Below are positions 35,851-46,651 of a stretch of DNA of 64,000 nucleotides, one piece after another (position 1 is the stretch's first letter; the number at the start of each line of letters is the position of its first letter). Origin of the DNA: Azolla caroliniana (taxonomy: Eukaryota; Plantae; Polypodiophyta); NCBI GenBank assembly GCA_043228905.1, contig JBHGNT010000006.1, positions 12,896,001 to 12,960,000 of the forward strand. The letters are read 5' to 3'. Below the pieces are notes generated by a model, which saw only the letters and a list, made by a program, of their open reading frames with translations, was not told where the DNA came from and searched no databases. The position numbers were made by a program, and so were the translations under genes.

Positions 35851-36579
35851 TATCGTAGTGTATTTTGTACACTACGTGAAAAACGTATATAGTATTAGAT
35901 TCAATAAAAAATGAAGAAATAGAAGAAAATAGCAAAATAAATGGAACATGCATAGGGCAAGATTCGAACCTTGCACCTCCATGTTAATAATGTAATGTCT
36001 TACCATTACACTAGCATTTCATTAGTGTTAAAGCATAGATGTCCCACATAGAAAGGTAAATTCACGCTAGGATAAACATTAGAAAAACGCATAACAAAAG
36101 AAAAAGCTACACATACACATCTAGCGTGCATGATAAAAAACGCACAAGTTAGAAAAAAGCATGATCACTTTAGATAAAGCATATAGTCTATCTATAGGAA
36201 AAGCATGGGGTCTATAGTTAGAGAAAAAGCATGGATTACTAAGACTTCCTCATCACTACATAAGGATGGGGAGCACAATGTAATAGGCGTGTGAAAAATA
36301 TTTGGAAACTGGATATGTTTCTAAAAAACACCAATTAATAAACTATACTCGTGGGATTCACGAGAATTCTATATCATTCTCTTTCAACCGAAGTTTATAT
36401 TCTTATATTCATATTGATTAATCTAATACAATACACTCGTGGGATTCACGAGTTTGCTATAACTCTTTCTTACAACATATTTATATTCTTATTAGCCTTA
36501 AAACTCTCCTCTTCCTAGTCCAAAACCCCAGCGGTTCCCACCCGACTCACGCAACGATCTGGCGCCGAAAGGCACGACA
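35851..36579 (+). repeat. 5' LTR of element B
   Basis: TATCGTAGTG...CACGACA; direct repeat of 42759-43487. Confidence 0.95.
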
Positions 36580-36584
36580 CAAGT

Positions 36585-36602
36585 TGGTGAACCCGACGTG
36601 AA
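36585..36602 (+). promoter_or_regulatory. PBS complementary to tRNA-Trp
   Basis: TGGTGAACCCGACGTGAA, the same as in element A. Confidence 0.9.
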
Positions 36603-36618
36603 AGCGGGTGGCAAGGAG

Positions 36619-38658
36619 ATGGAGGCTCAACAAGCTAACAATATCATGGCGATGTTCGAACGGATGCTTCAAGAACAACGCATGATGTCGGAGATTTCGG
36701 CATCAGTAGAGCGGCTCGTGCAACGCAACGGGCAATTTAATGGTAAGGATGTGTCGCGATATTTGCAGGACTACAAGGCGGAGATGCTCCGGTGCCGGGC
36801 TTCGGAAGGACTGCAAGTGACATCCTTTAACCGGGTGGCGACCGACGGGCTTCAAGGGAGTATCCACGGGTTGCAACAACAAAATCCGACGTGGGAAGCA
36901 TTCGAAGAGGCGTTAAAGACCACGTTTGCCATCGAGGACTCCTCCAAGGCAACGCGGAGGGGATTCGAGGATTGGGTGGAAACGTCAGGTAAGGGGCTGA
37001 AGGTCCTCGAAGTGTTTTCGACATTCGAAAGTCGGTTCGGGAGGTTGTCCGCGAGAGATCAAACTATTCTTGCACCGGACAAAGTCATCATGTTTTTGCG
37101 AGCTGTGGACGTCCGGGACCGGAAAGATCTCGGAGTGCTTCTTGAGGACACGACCACCGAAAGCGGCCTCACCGAAACATGGGAAAGCGTGCGGGATATC
37201 GTCGCGCGGTACACGAAGAGGGGGCAATGGCTTGCCAACGAAGAAAAGAGGGTTTCGGAACCGATTCCGAAACCGAGAACGGGACTGGAAGACCATCAAC
37301 CGAGGGCTCGGGAGATTACGGCCGAGAAGGGAGTCGACGCATCTACGGTGGAGCAGCTGCTGAAGGAGATGGAGAATCTAAAGATCGCGATGGTGAAGAA
37401 GTCGGATGACCGCCCCACAAGCTCCAAATATACGGATCGACGGTGCATATGGTGCGACAGCGCCGAACACGATCGGAGGGATTGCGACGACCATAAGGAG
37501 GCGCTACGACGGGATCTCATCTACTACGAGGGAAACCGGATTCATTCGATGGACTCTCGGAAGCCACTCCGACCGAACTTCCGGAAAGGCGGCATGAAGA
37601 AGGTGCTCGAGGAGGAGTTAGCGGCAAGAAGCAACTATGCGACAACCGCGGGAATATGTGTCGGGGAGTCATCGGGAGCGAAGGCGTCTTTCTGGCCGGA
37701 GGTGCTAAGAAACACCGAGAAAACCGACTCCAACGATATCCGAAACACCGCGGAAGGCGTCCGGGAAGCTACGGGATGGGAATGCCTTGTCGATAAGAAT
37801 AGCATATACGCCCTGTGTCAATTACATGAGGTGTATGTGGACGAGAAACGACGGCGCACGGAGGATGCGGCCGGACCATCGAAGATACCGGAAAGCTGGA
37901 ACTCCGGAGGTAAGGGAAAAGAAAAGGCGACTCCGGCATTCAAGCTCGCCTCGGACATAGAACAACAAACCGACTTGAAAAGAGTGTTCGAGGAAAGAAT
38001 CTTGGATAGCCGGGTAGATTTTTCGCTGCGGGAACTACTCGGAATAGCGAAGAAGGAGTTTCACGATCTTCTCGTGGATCTCGTGAAAAGGAAGAGACAA
38101 AGTACGGAGGAAAATGCTCCAAGGGTGAATGCAAATACCGTTTCAATGAACGACACCGAAGTGGAAGGCGAAATTCCGAACTCCCACTATACAAGGCCAC
38201 ACTGGGCACGTGCGACTACGGAGACTCCGGTCCGAATCGGCAACATCAAAGAACCCGTGCTAGCATTGATTGATCACGGATCGGAGATCAACTTGATGTC
38301 CAAGGAGTTCTACCGAAAGGGGAAGTGGCCTATAAACACCAACCATGGATGGAAGATTCGGGCAGCCACGAAAACGACAGAAGACCTATTTGCGGCTTGT
38401 CCGGATGTGACGGTAAAGATCGGGGATGTCGAAATTGACCAAAATTTCTTTGTGCAGGATGAGGTTTCACATTCTGTCATCCTCGGCCAACCCTTTATCA
38501 CGGCTTCACGGATAGAGACGAAGGTGCTCGATAGTGGTGCGGCTTTTGCGCGAATTCGGAGCCAAAACGGAGGGAAATCCGTCCAATTCCTAACGGTGCC
38601 GGCAAATCACGAAAGGAACAAGAGGGAACTCTTGTCCCAAGTGAGAATGGATTTTTAA
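36619..38658 (+). CDS. gag: Gag-protease polyprotein of element B
   Basis: Open ORF (track 36598..38658, first ATG at 36619) with CIWCDSAEHDRRDC knuckle and ALIDHGSEINLM aspartic protease. Confidence 0.93.
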   Translation: MEAQQANNIMAMFERMLQEQRMMSEISASVERLVQRNGQFNGKDVSRYLQDYKAEMLRCRASEGLQVTSFNRVATDGLQGSIHGLQQQNPTWEAFEEALKTTFAIEDSSKATRRGFEDWVETSGKGLKVLEVFSTFESRFGRLSARDQTILAPDKVIMFLRAVDVRDRKDLGVLLEDTTTESGLTETWESVRDIVARYTKRGQWLANEEKRVSEPIPKPRTGLEDHQPRAREITAEKGVDASTVEQLLKEMENLKIAMVKKSDDRPTSSKYTDRRCIWCDSAEHDRRDCDDHKEALRRDLIYYEGNRIHSMDSRKPLRPNFRKGGMKKVLEEELAARSNYATTAGICVGESSGAKASFWPEVLRNTEKTDSNDIRNTAEGVREATGWECLVDKNSIYALCQLHEVYVDEKRRRTEDAAGPSKIPESWNSGGKGKEKATPAFKLASDIEQQTDLKRVFEERILDSRVDFSLRELLGIAKKEFHDLLVDLVKRKRQSTEENAPRVNANTVSMNDTEVEGEIPNSHYTRPHWARATTETPVRIGNIKEPVLALIDHGSEINLMSKEFYRKGKWPINTNHGWKIRAATKTTEDLFAACPDVTVKIGDVEIDQNFFVQDEVSHSVILGQPFITASRIETKVLDSGAAFARIRSQNGGKSVQFLTVPANHERNKRELLSQVRMDF

Positions 38659-41600
38659 AGCGGACTGTTGCGGAGTGGGGAAGTGATAGTCCGAGAAGCC
38701 CTGATACCCCACACAGGAAGAAAACTCTCGGAGCAAAACAAGTACGAATCGGCCCGGATGGGGCATCTACGTACACGGCCGTAACCGGAGGAATGAAGAA
38801 ACAATACCGACAAGTGGAGGATAAGTTACGGTCGGCATCAATAATAAAAGAAGACGAAGAAATCGTGGGAGTGATCGAGGAAGTGTTCTATGGGAATACA
38901 CTACAACGGCTTGAAGAGCTTGCGGAAGATAAAAGCCAAGGGAACCGGGTAGTCCCGGTGGAATCGGTCGAGATGTACGAGATCGTTGCGAAAATGGGGC
39001 CGGATGCGCTCCGCAAAGAAGAAGCAATGGTAAGTACGAAATACAAGACCGTGGAGAAGAAGGTGAAACCAGCCGCGGGACCACTACCCGCCGATAGCGA
39101 ACAAAAGAAGAAAGAAGTCTCGGGAGATCCGACACTTCGGAAGTCCGTGGATATCGGACATGCCTTCACGGATGAGACCCGGAAGAAACTTCGGATCGGT
39201 GGAGGTGGGTTCCTATTACAGAAAGAAGAAGAACGGTTTCGCGAGATGTTGGAGCAACATGGCAAAGCATTCGCTTTCACATCGAGGGAGATCGGGTGCA
39301 TTGATCCAAAGATAGTGGAGCCGATGGTGATTTTCACGATTGATCATGTACCGTGGAACCTGAAGCCGATTCCGGTGCCACGGGCGCATATTCCGAAAGT
39401 CATCGACTTGCTCAAGGAGAAGGTGGCGATGGGGATTCTAGAGCCATCAAGTGCTCCGTACTCAAATCGATGGTTTACGGTTCCGAAGAAGAATGGGTCA
39501 CTCCGATTCATCCAAGACTTGCAACCGGTGAACAAGGTCACGATCCGGAACTCGGGAGTCGGTCCGATAGTGGACGAATTCGCGGAAGCTTTTGCCGGAC
39601 GTGCGATATACTCCATCGGGGACCTATACTCGGGGTATGACCAATTCCAACTAGCCGTGGAGAGCCGAGACATCACTACCATGCGGACACCGATAGGACT
39701 AGTTCGAATGTGCACACTACCACAAGGAGCGACAAACTCGGTTGCACATATGATGAACGCGATGAACAAGGTGCTTCGAGATTGCATCCCGGAGATAACG
39801 ATGCCGTTTCTAGATGACATTCCGATGAAAGGATGCGCGGTGAAAGAAAAAGATGAGACTATGGATGATCGGGGATGCCGAAAGTTCGTGGTCGACCATA
39901 TTCATGATTGCGAGAAAGTGTTGCGAAAGCTAGAAGATGTGCACCTAACACTTTCCGGGGAGAAATCGGCATTCGGGCAAGAAGAAATATTGGTGGTCGG
40001 ACATCTATGTGGACCCTACGGCCGAAGACCGTCACCAACAAAGATCGATGCGATTCAAGCTATGAAGGAAGTATGTGAGTCAACATCGGAAGTCCGAAGG
40101 TTTCTGGGTGCGTGTGCATTCTATCACATATGGATTCCGCACTATGCACATATAGCGGACCCGCTCTATCACTTGTTGCGGAAAGGTAAGAAATTCGAGT
40201 GGAAACCGGAACACACTAAAGCCATGAGGAAGCTCAAGAAGACACTATGGAGGGCGGAATCACTTAAGAAGCCAAGCTACGAGCGGCCAATCATAGTAAC
40301 GGTTGATACAAGTCCAACCGGTATCGGGTGGGTCATCAATCAAGCCGACTCGGATGGTTCGCGGTATCCGATCCGATTTGGAGCAAAGGTCCTCAACGAA
40401 AGGCAACGCGGATATGCACAAGTCAAAAGAGAATTGTGGGGAGTCGTGTCGGCGATAAAATCAGATCGGGATTATTTGATCGGAGCTGAAGTGGTGATCG
40501 AGACGGATTGTCTTCCGATACTCGGGATGATGCGGTGTTGTACGATACCGGATGTGGCTATGCTAAGGTGGATTGCATATGTCAAGTCACTTAATCCGGA
40601 GGTTCGACACATCTCGGGGAAGGACAACGCGGTAGCGGACATGTTATCGAGGGCGCGGTTTGAAGACAACATTACCGAATCAGATAATGATGGTGGAAGA
40701 TATTGGTGGAAGAACATGTATAAAGATGTCGCGGAGTTCACAGAAAGCTGCGAGAAATGTCAAGTCTACTCCGGGGTCCGACACCGAGATGAGCTGCATC
40801 CGACATTCTCACCGACAATCAACTTCAAGTGGATGGTCGACATTGTAGCTATGCCGACCGGGATTGGACAAAAGAAATACTTGGTGTTAGCTCGAGAAGA
40901 TCTCACAAACCAAGTTGAAGGTCGAGCGCTTCGGAGGAAAACGTGTGCCGCGGTGTGCCAATTTCTTTTGGAAGAAGTGTTTTGTAGGTACGGCTGCGTA
41001 GGACAAGTGATTGCGGACCGGGGAGAACTCGACTCGGACAAAGCTAGGGGATTCTTCGCCAAACATGGAGTTCGGTTAACGTTGACAACGGCCTACAATC
41101 CGGAGGCCAACGGGAAGATCGAACGAGGACATAGTCCGATCGTGAAAGCACTTGCGAAGGCATGCGACGGAAGGGTGAAGGATTGGCCACAAATGCTTCC
41201 GTATGCACTATGGGCGGATCGGACGACGCATAGCTCCGTGACCGGTTACATGCCGGCAGAACTCATGACCGGACAAGCACCGGTAATGCCAACGGAAACC
41301 GCAATCGCGACATGGTCAATACTACCGTGGAAGGAAGAGATGAGCCGGGAAGAACTACTAGCGGTCCGGATACGACAACTGGAGGGAAGACCGAAAGATG
41401 TAGCGGAAGCGTCACGCCGACAACAAGAAGCACGGTTCCGGAACAAAAGCCGGTTCGACACAAAGCACCGACTACGACCGAGGAGGATTGAAGAAGGAGA
41501 TTGGGTGATCGTCTATGATAGTAGCTTGGACCATCAACATACAACGATGCGGAAATTCGCGAAAAGGTGGTTCGGGCCGTACGAGGTTCGGAAGGTCTTC

Positions 41601-41912
41601 GACAACGGGACGTACCGACTGTCCGAGTTGGATGGAACAATACTACGAGTGCCTATAGCCGGGAAGCGGGTGAAGATTTTCAAGAAGCGGACCGACGACA
41701 AACCTTATGTGATCCAAGTCGAGGCCGACAACGAGGAGCAATCGGACGAAGACCACAATGATGCGGGAAGCGAAGAAAGTGGATTACAACTCATAGTCGA
41801 CATAAGGGGAGAATCGGAGGAAGCTTCGGATGAAGACGGATACGAAGAATCAAGAACTTCGGCACATACCGGAGGATGTGCGGGTTTGGAGGGGGCGAGT
41901 GTCGTAGTGTAG
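38649..41912 (+). CDS. pol: Pol (RT-RH-IN) of element B, -1 frame, with an in-frame deletion before the IN core
   Basis: 1039-aa ORF collinear with the Pol of element A but lacking about 120 aa near 40690. Confidence 0.9.
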   Translation, partial: GFLKRTVAEWGSDSPRSPDTPHRKKTLGAKQVRIGPDGASTYTAVTGGMKKQYRQVEDKLRSASIIKEDEEIVGVIEEVFYGNTLQRLEELAEDKSQGNRVVPVESVEMYEIVAKMGPDALRKEEAMVSTKYKTVEKKVKPAAGPLPADSEQKKKEVSGDPTLRKSVDIGHAFTDETRKKLRIGGGGFLLQKEEERFREMLEQHGKAFAFTSREIGCIDPKIVEPMVIFTIDHVPWNLKPIPVPRAHIPKVIDLLKEKVAMGILEPSSAPYSNRWFTVPKKNGSLRFIQDLQPVNKVTIRNSGVGPIVDEFAEAFAGRAIYSIGDLYSGYDQFQLAVESRDITTMRTPIGLVRMCTLPQGATNSVAHMMNAMNKVLRDCIPEITMPFLDDIPMKGCAVKEKDETMDDRGCRKFVVDHIHDCEKVLRKLEDVHLTLSGEKSAFGQEEILVVGHLCGPYGRRPSPTKIDAIQAMKEVCESTSEVRRFLGACAFYHIWIPHYAHIADPLYHLLRKGKKFEWKPEHTKAMRKLKKTLWRAESLKKPSYERPIIVTVDTSPTGIGWVINQADSDGSRYPIRFGAKVLNERQRGYAQVKRELWGVVSAIKSDRDYLIGAEVVIETDCLPILGMMRCCTIPDVAMLRWIAYVKSLNPEVRHISGKDNAVADMLSRARFEDNITESDNDGGRYWWKNMYKDVAEFTESCEKCQVYSGVRHRDELHPTFSPTINFKWMVDIVAMPTGIGQKKYLVLAREDLTNQVEGRALRRKTCAAVCQFLLEEVFCRYGCVGQVIADRGELDSDKARGFFAKHGVRLTLTTAYNPEANGKIERGHSPIVKALAKACDGRVKDWPQMLPYALWADRTTHSSVTGYMPAELMTGQAPVMPTETAIATWSILPWKEEMSREELLAVRIRQLEGRPKDVAEASRRQQEARFRNKSRFDTKHRLRPRRIEEGDWVIVYDSSLDHQHTTMRKFAKRWFGPYEVRKVFDNGTYRLSELDGTILRVPIAGKRVKIFKKRTDDKPYVIQVEADNEEQSDEDHNDAGSEESGLQLIVDIRGESEEASDEDGYEESRTSAHTGGCAGLEGASVVV

Positions 41913-42746
41913 GTTGCACACTATGTGGAAATTATATTTTTGTCCCTCTGGATAGAAAATGGAGTGCTCGGTGAGAAACGGAAGAAAACGGCATACCGGC
42001 AAGGAGGAAAACGGCATACCGTCAAGGAGGAAAACGGCATACCGAAAAGGAGGAAAACGGCATACCGGCAAGGAGGAAAACGGCATACCGGCAAGGAGGA
42101 AAACGGCATACCGGCAAGGAAGAAAACGGCATACCGGCAAATGTAAAAAGAAAGAGACATAAATGTAAAAAGAAAGAAAATACTCACTGCTGCGCAGGGC
42201 GTGATTCGAACTCTGCACCTCCACGTTGACAAACCCCAACCTTACCATTACATTAACTTATCTTAAGTGTTTTAAATATAGATTTAATACGTATAAGACC
42301 TTTATTTATGCATACCTTTATTAAAAGGTAAATCGTGTATTTTTTTAATATATGAAAAAGAAAAACGCGAGACACTAAAAATAACTCATGCACATCTAGC
42401 GTGCATGAGCCCTATACTTAGGAAATAAAAAAGCATCACATGGACATTTAGTGGACATGAACACTTTTTGTAAAAAAAAAAAGCATGAAGCCATGCTTAG
42501 CTCTTCTTTCCTTATATAAGGAGGAGAGAAATATGTAAAGGGTTGTTGATTATTTGGATTAAGTATTAATCAATACAAAAATTATTCGTGGGATTCACGA
42601 TTTATACATCTACTTCTCTCTTAACATCCTAAGTACCAATTAATATAGTATACTCGTGTGATTCACGAGTTTCTTATCTTTCTCTTTGCTATTTACTCAT
42701 AATTAATCTCTATCTCACGAACTTCTTTCTCCTAGTCCAAGACCTC
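41900..42746 (+). repeat. Internal heterologous LTR (3'-truncated) with seven 23-bp tandem units
   Basis: Follows PPT GGAGGGGGCGAG; starts TGTCGTAGTG; resembles solo LTR 52371-53154; unit AAAACGGCATACCGGCAAGGAGG at about 41985-42140. Confidence 0.88.
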
Positions 42747-42758
42747 TGTGGTGGTGAG

Positions 42759-43487
42759 TGTCGTAGTGTATTTTGTACACTACGTGAAAAACGTATATAG
42801 TATTAGATTCAATAAAAAATGAAGAAATAGAAGAAAATAGCAAAATAAATGGAACATGCATAGGGCAAGATTCGAACCTTGCACCTCCATGTTAATAATG
42901 TAATGTCTTACCATTACACTAGCATTTCATTAGTGTTAAAGCATAGATGTCCCACATAGAAAGGTAAATTCACGCTAGGATAAACATTAGAAAAACGCAT
43001 AACAAAAGAAAAAGCTACACATACACATCTAGCGTGCATGATAAAAAACGCACAAGTTAGAAAAAAGCATGATCACTTTAGATAAAGCATATAGTCTATC
43101 TATAGGAAAAGCATGGGGTCTATAGTTAGAGAAAAAGCATGGATTACTAAGACTTCCTCATCACTACATAAGGATGGGGAGCACAATGTAATAGGCGTGT
43201 GAAAAATATTTGGAAACTGGATATGTTTCTAAAAAACACCAATTAATAAACTATACTCGTGGGATTCACGAGAATTCTATATCATTCTCTTTCAACCGAA
43301 GTTTATATTCTTATATTCATATTGATTAATCTAATACAATACACTCGTGGGATTCACGAGTTTGCTATAACTCTTTCTTACAACATATTTATATTCTTAT
43401 TAGCCTTAAAACTCTCCTCTTCCTAGTCCAAAACCCCAGCGGTTCCCACCCGACTCACGCAACGATCTGGCGCCGAAAGGCACGACA
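42759..43487 (+). repeat. 3' LTR of element B
   Basis: TGTCGTAGTG...CACGACA, followed by TSD ACGC. Confidence 0.95.
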
Positions 43488-45479
43488 ACGCGAAGATCAC
43501 GCAACAACTTCGTCGGATGGGCTTCGTCACGACAAAATTGTACTCTTCTCTGTTCATCTGGAAAGGTCGACTCGGACCGGTTAGTATTTTACTATATGTT
43601 GATGACTTGGTCATCACCGGCGCCGATCTAGCTGAAATCAACCGCGTGAAGCTCCAGCTTGCGGCATCGTTCGACATGAAGGATCTGGGGGACCTTCATT
43701 ACTTCCTCGGGATCGAAGTGATCCGTACCCCCGAAGGCATATTGATCAGCCAACGTCATTACGTGCTGAGTATGCTCTTCAAATTTGGGATGGCCGACTG
43801 TAAATCTGTCTCGACTCCTCTGGACAGAACCGTCAAGCTTTGTCCCGATATGGGAAAGGTATGCGACCCGACGAGGTTCCGACAAATTGTCGGAAGCCTC
43901 ATATACTTGACCATCACCCGACCCGACCTCAGTTACCCGGTCAGGGTGATCAGTCAGTTCATGGCACGACCTACCAAGGAGCACCTTCAGTGTGCGCAAT
44001 GCGTACTGCGGTACGTAAAGGGCACTAAGGACCAAGGACTGCTATATCGGACTGGTGCATCCGTGCAGTTAGTCGGCTACACCGATGCTGATTGGGCTGG
44101 CAACGCCGCCGATCGCTGATGCACGTCTGGATACGCGTTCTCCCTCGGGAGTGCCGCGATCGCGTGGAGCAATAAGAAGCAGCCGACAGTTGCACTGTCG
44201 AGCACTAAAGCGGAGTACCGAGGAGTGGCTGTCGCGACATGCGAAGCCATATGGTTGAAGCGGCTACTTAAGGACCTGCAAGAGGAGGTGTCCGATCCAA
44301 TGACGATCTACTGCGACAACCTCAGCAGCATCCAACTCGCGAAGAACCCCGTCTTCCACGCACGGACCAAGCACATTGAGGTGCACTACCATTTCATCCG
44401 TGACCGTGTCCTTTCCGGTGAAGTCGAACTTCAGTACGTTCCGACGGATCGGTAGGCTGCCGACATCTTCACCAAGCCTCTTGGTCTGGACAAGTTGCGG
44501 CAATTCTCAGGTGTGCTCGGATTGTGTCACCTTGACGTGCCGAACTTGAGGGGGAGAACAGTCCCGAACGACCAAGCAAAGTAGCAGGAAAGGAGCAGAG
44601 ACCGCGACACCGAGTCGGTTGACAAGTTCGACTTCGGATCGACTGAAGAAGTCGAGGACGGACCCGCGGAGAAGTTCGGAAGCGAACAGAAGGGGAGCAG
44701 CCGAAGGAGAGAGCCGAAGCCAACCACGCATAGGGGAGATGACGCCATCGAGGGCGAGAAGACCGAAGACGAGTTGGAGGCAGCCAACTCGGACGAGAGC
44801 GAAAACCGATCAGAGGTAGCCGAGTCGGTTCGGATGTTTGATTCAGATACGCTGAATCAACCAAGGCCCAAGCGGAAGAAAAGGCAGCAGGAGAAGCGTC
44901 GACACCGCAACAGCAGAAGAGCTGATAAGGGCCGCATGAGCATACAAGCCGACCGGAAGGGTCGAAGCGCGCGGAGTCGAACAGGTCGAGGAGCGCGAGC
45001 GAGGCGTGAAGCCAGGAGGAACCGGAGCCGTGAGCCCGAGGATCCGTGAGCCCGAGGATCCCGAAGAGCCTCGAGTTGAGCTTGAGGGGGAGTGTTGAGA
45101 GACAAGCTCAACATCGGCCGGATCGGCTGAAGAAGCCGAGGACCGGATCGGTTGGGACCGATCGGTTAGGCCGAGTGCGTAAACCGGGAGGTGGTTAGGA
45201 AAGATATTCCGTGAGGAATATATTTGGGAGTTAGTGTAGGAGCTCTTAATGAGCATTGACGTACTATCAGAACTTCGGTCAGTCCTTCCAGGACTTGTAT
45301 AAAAGTGTTCACTTAGCACGTCTTATGTACAGACTTGAGTATTATTATTGAATATAGTTTTTTGTGTCTACTCTCTTTGTCTCTCCCGCGTATACCGTGT
45401 AAGCCCAAGCTCTCCATTGAACCTGAGTTTCCTTCCTCTGTTCTGTCTTCATACTTGCTTCCGCACGCTACTTTCTACA

Positions 45480-46651
45480 CGTATGAGCAAAGAAACACAG
45501 GGACACAGCCCTATCAACGCAGAAGACACGAATGGACATAGAGACAGAGAGACACGAATGTTTGTATATTAATGAATGACAAATAAACAACAGAGCACGC
45601 GAGCGGTTATAACCGAACAGGCCGGCGAACAGATGTCGATGCCTGCTCGTGTGCGCACGAAAGGGGATAGAATGGAGGTGCTGCCGGAAGCACACGGGCG
45701 TTCCTCGAAGCAGTGCGAGCCTCCCGAAAACCTGCAGAGAAGAGCGATGGAGAACGAACAAAGGAGAAGCGTTCGGTTTCGGTCCGACAGCACTTCGTCC
45801 TCCTCAATAAAATAATGTGCGCCCCTCTCCCCGCGTCTCCCTCTCTTTTATAGCTTCAAGAAGGGAGTCGTTTCCCTCATTAACTTCCTACCTACTGAAT
45901 CTAACTACCTAGGATATACCTTTGTACCTAATTCTATATTATATACATTAAAGGGCGTGCACGCGTGAAGAGCTGGTTCACGCGCGCTATGCACCGATTG
46001 CGCTAAGGGACGGTTTTCTTCACGAAAACGGAGGTCTTGGACTAAGGAGTAGAGGAGAAGGAATAGGACACGGAAAGGAAGCTATGCTCAAGAAGAAGAA
46101 GAATGAACAAGAGGAAGATGGAGACAAGATGAACAACAAGATGTATTAAAACGAGATGAACGATTACAAAATGGTGGCCGCATAGGCCGCACCAAACAAC
46201 TACTCGAAACCCTAACCCTAACCCTAACACTTGACCTATGTGGTATACCTCGCACACTCAAAATAGGCAACCCTCACAATGGTGCCTTCCCTCTGCTTTC
46301 ATAACACAAGGAGGGAAGACCGTTTACAAAAACGAGACTAAAATATCCCCTTTCATTCAAAGGGAATATTTGCCTTGATTTGGGGGAGGGTGAGATTGAT
46401 GGCCCCTTAACTCCCACCTCCTCACAAACGACTAGGTACCTATGTACCGCATAGTACCTCTCTCTCTCGCGTGGATGTGCGCACAAGACCACATCGCCTT
46501 TATACCTTAGGGATCTTATGGGGCATTTCTAGCACCATACCCTTTACCCCTATTATTATTATTAATACATTATGTACGTGTGCAACGTTGCACATCGCTC
46601 TTTGGCTCTCGTTGCTCGGGTTTCCGCTCGTGGACGAAAATCTTCACGACA
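45480..46651 (-). repeat. LTR-derived sequence of the A/B lineage (possibly two nested LTRs, junction near 45962)
   Basis: Minus strand starts TGTCGTGAAGATTTTCG like the element A LTR; contains TAGTCCAAGACCTC as in LTR 41900; TATA-like CTATAAAAG near 45850; interrupts copia RT at EHWDA. Confidence 0.7.

Larger units (their letters stand above)
35851..43487 (+). mobile_element. Non-chromovirus Ty3/gypsy element B (tRNA-Trp primed), young, with three LTRs
   Basis: Flanking 729-bp LTRs 35851-36579 and 42759-43487 look identical by eye except base 2; 4-bp TSD ACGC at 35847-35850 and 43488-43491; extra LTR at 41900-42746. Confidence 0.96.
34368..45479 (+). mobile_element. Ty1/copia family C2 copy d (IN core-RT-RH-tail-3' LTR), interrupted by gypsy B
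   Basis: IN 34464..35255; RT 35268-35850 resuming at 43492; RH to about 44550; PPT GAGGGGGAG; LTR 45093-45479. Confidence 0.9.

Noticed and set aside
41985-42140. Regular 23-bp repeats resembling a CRISPR array
   Set aside because: Head-to-tail units with no unique spacers, inside an LTR, and no cas genes.
23965-45479. One complete copia element bounded by the LTRs at 23965 and 45093
   Set aside because: The LTRs are clearly divergent, the flanks differ (GCAAA versus CGTAT), and there is an internal RH-to-IN junction.
46207-46228. Telomere-like (CCCTAA)3
   Set aside because: Only three units inside LTR sequence; consistent with a telo-box or chance, not an interstitial telomere.
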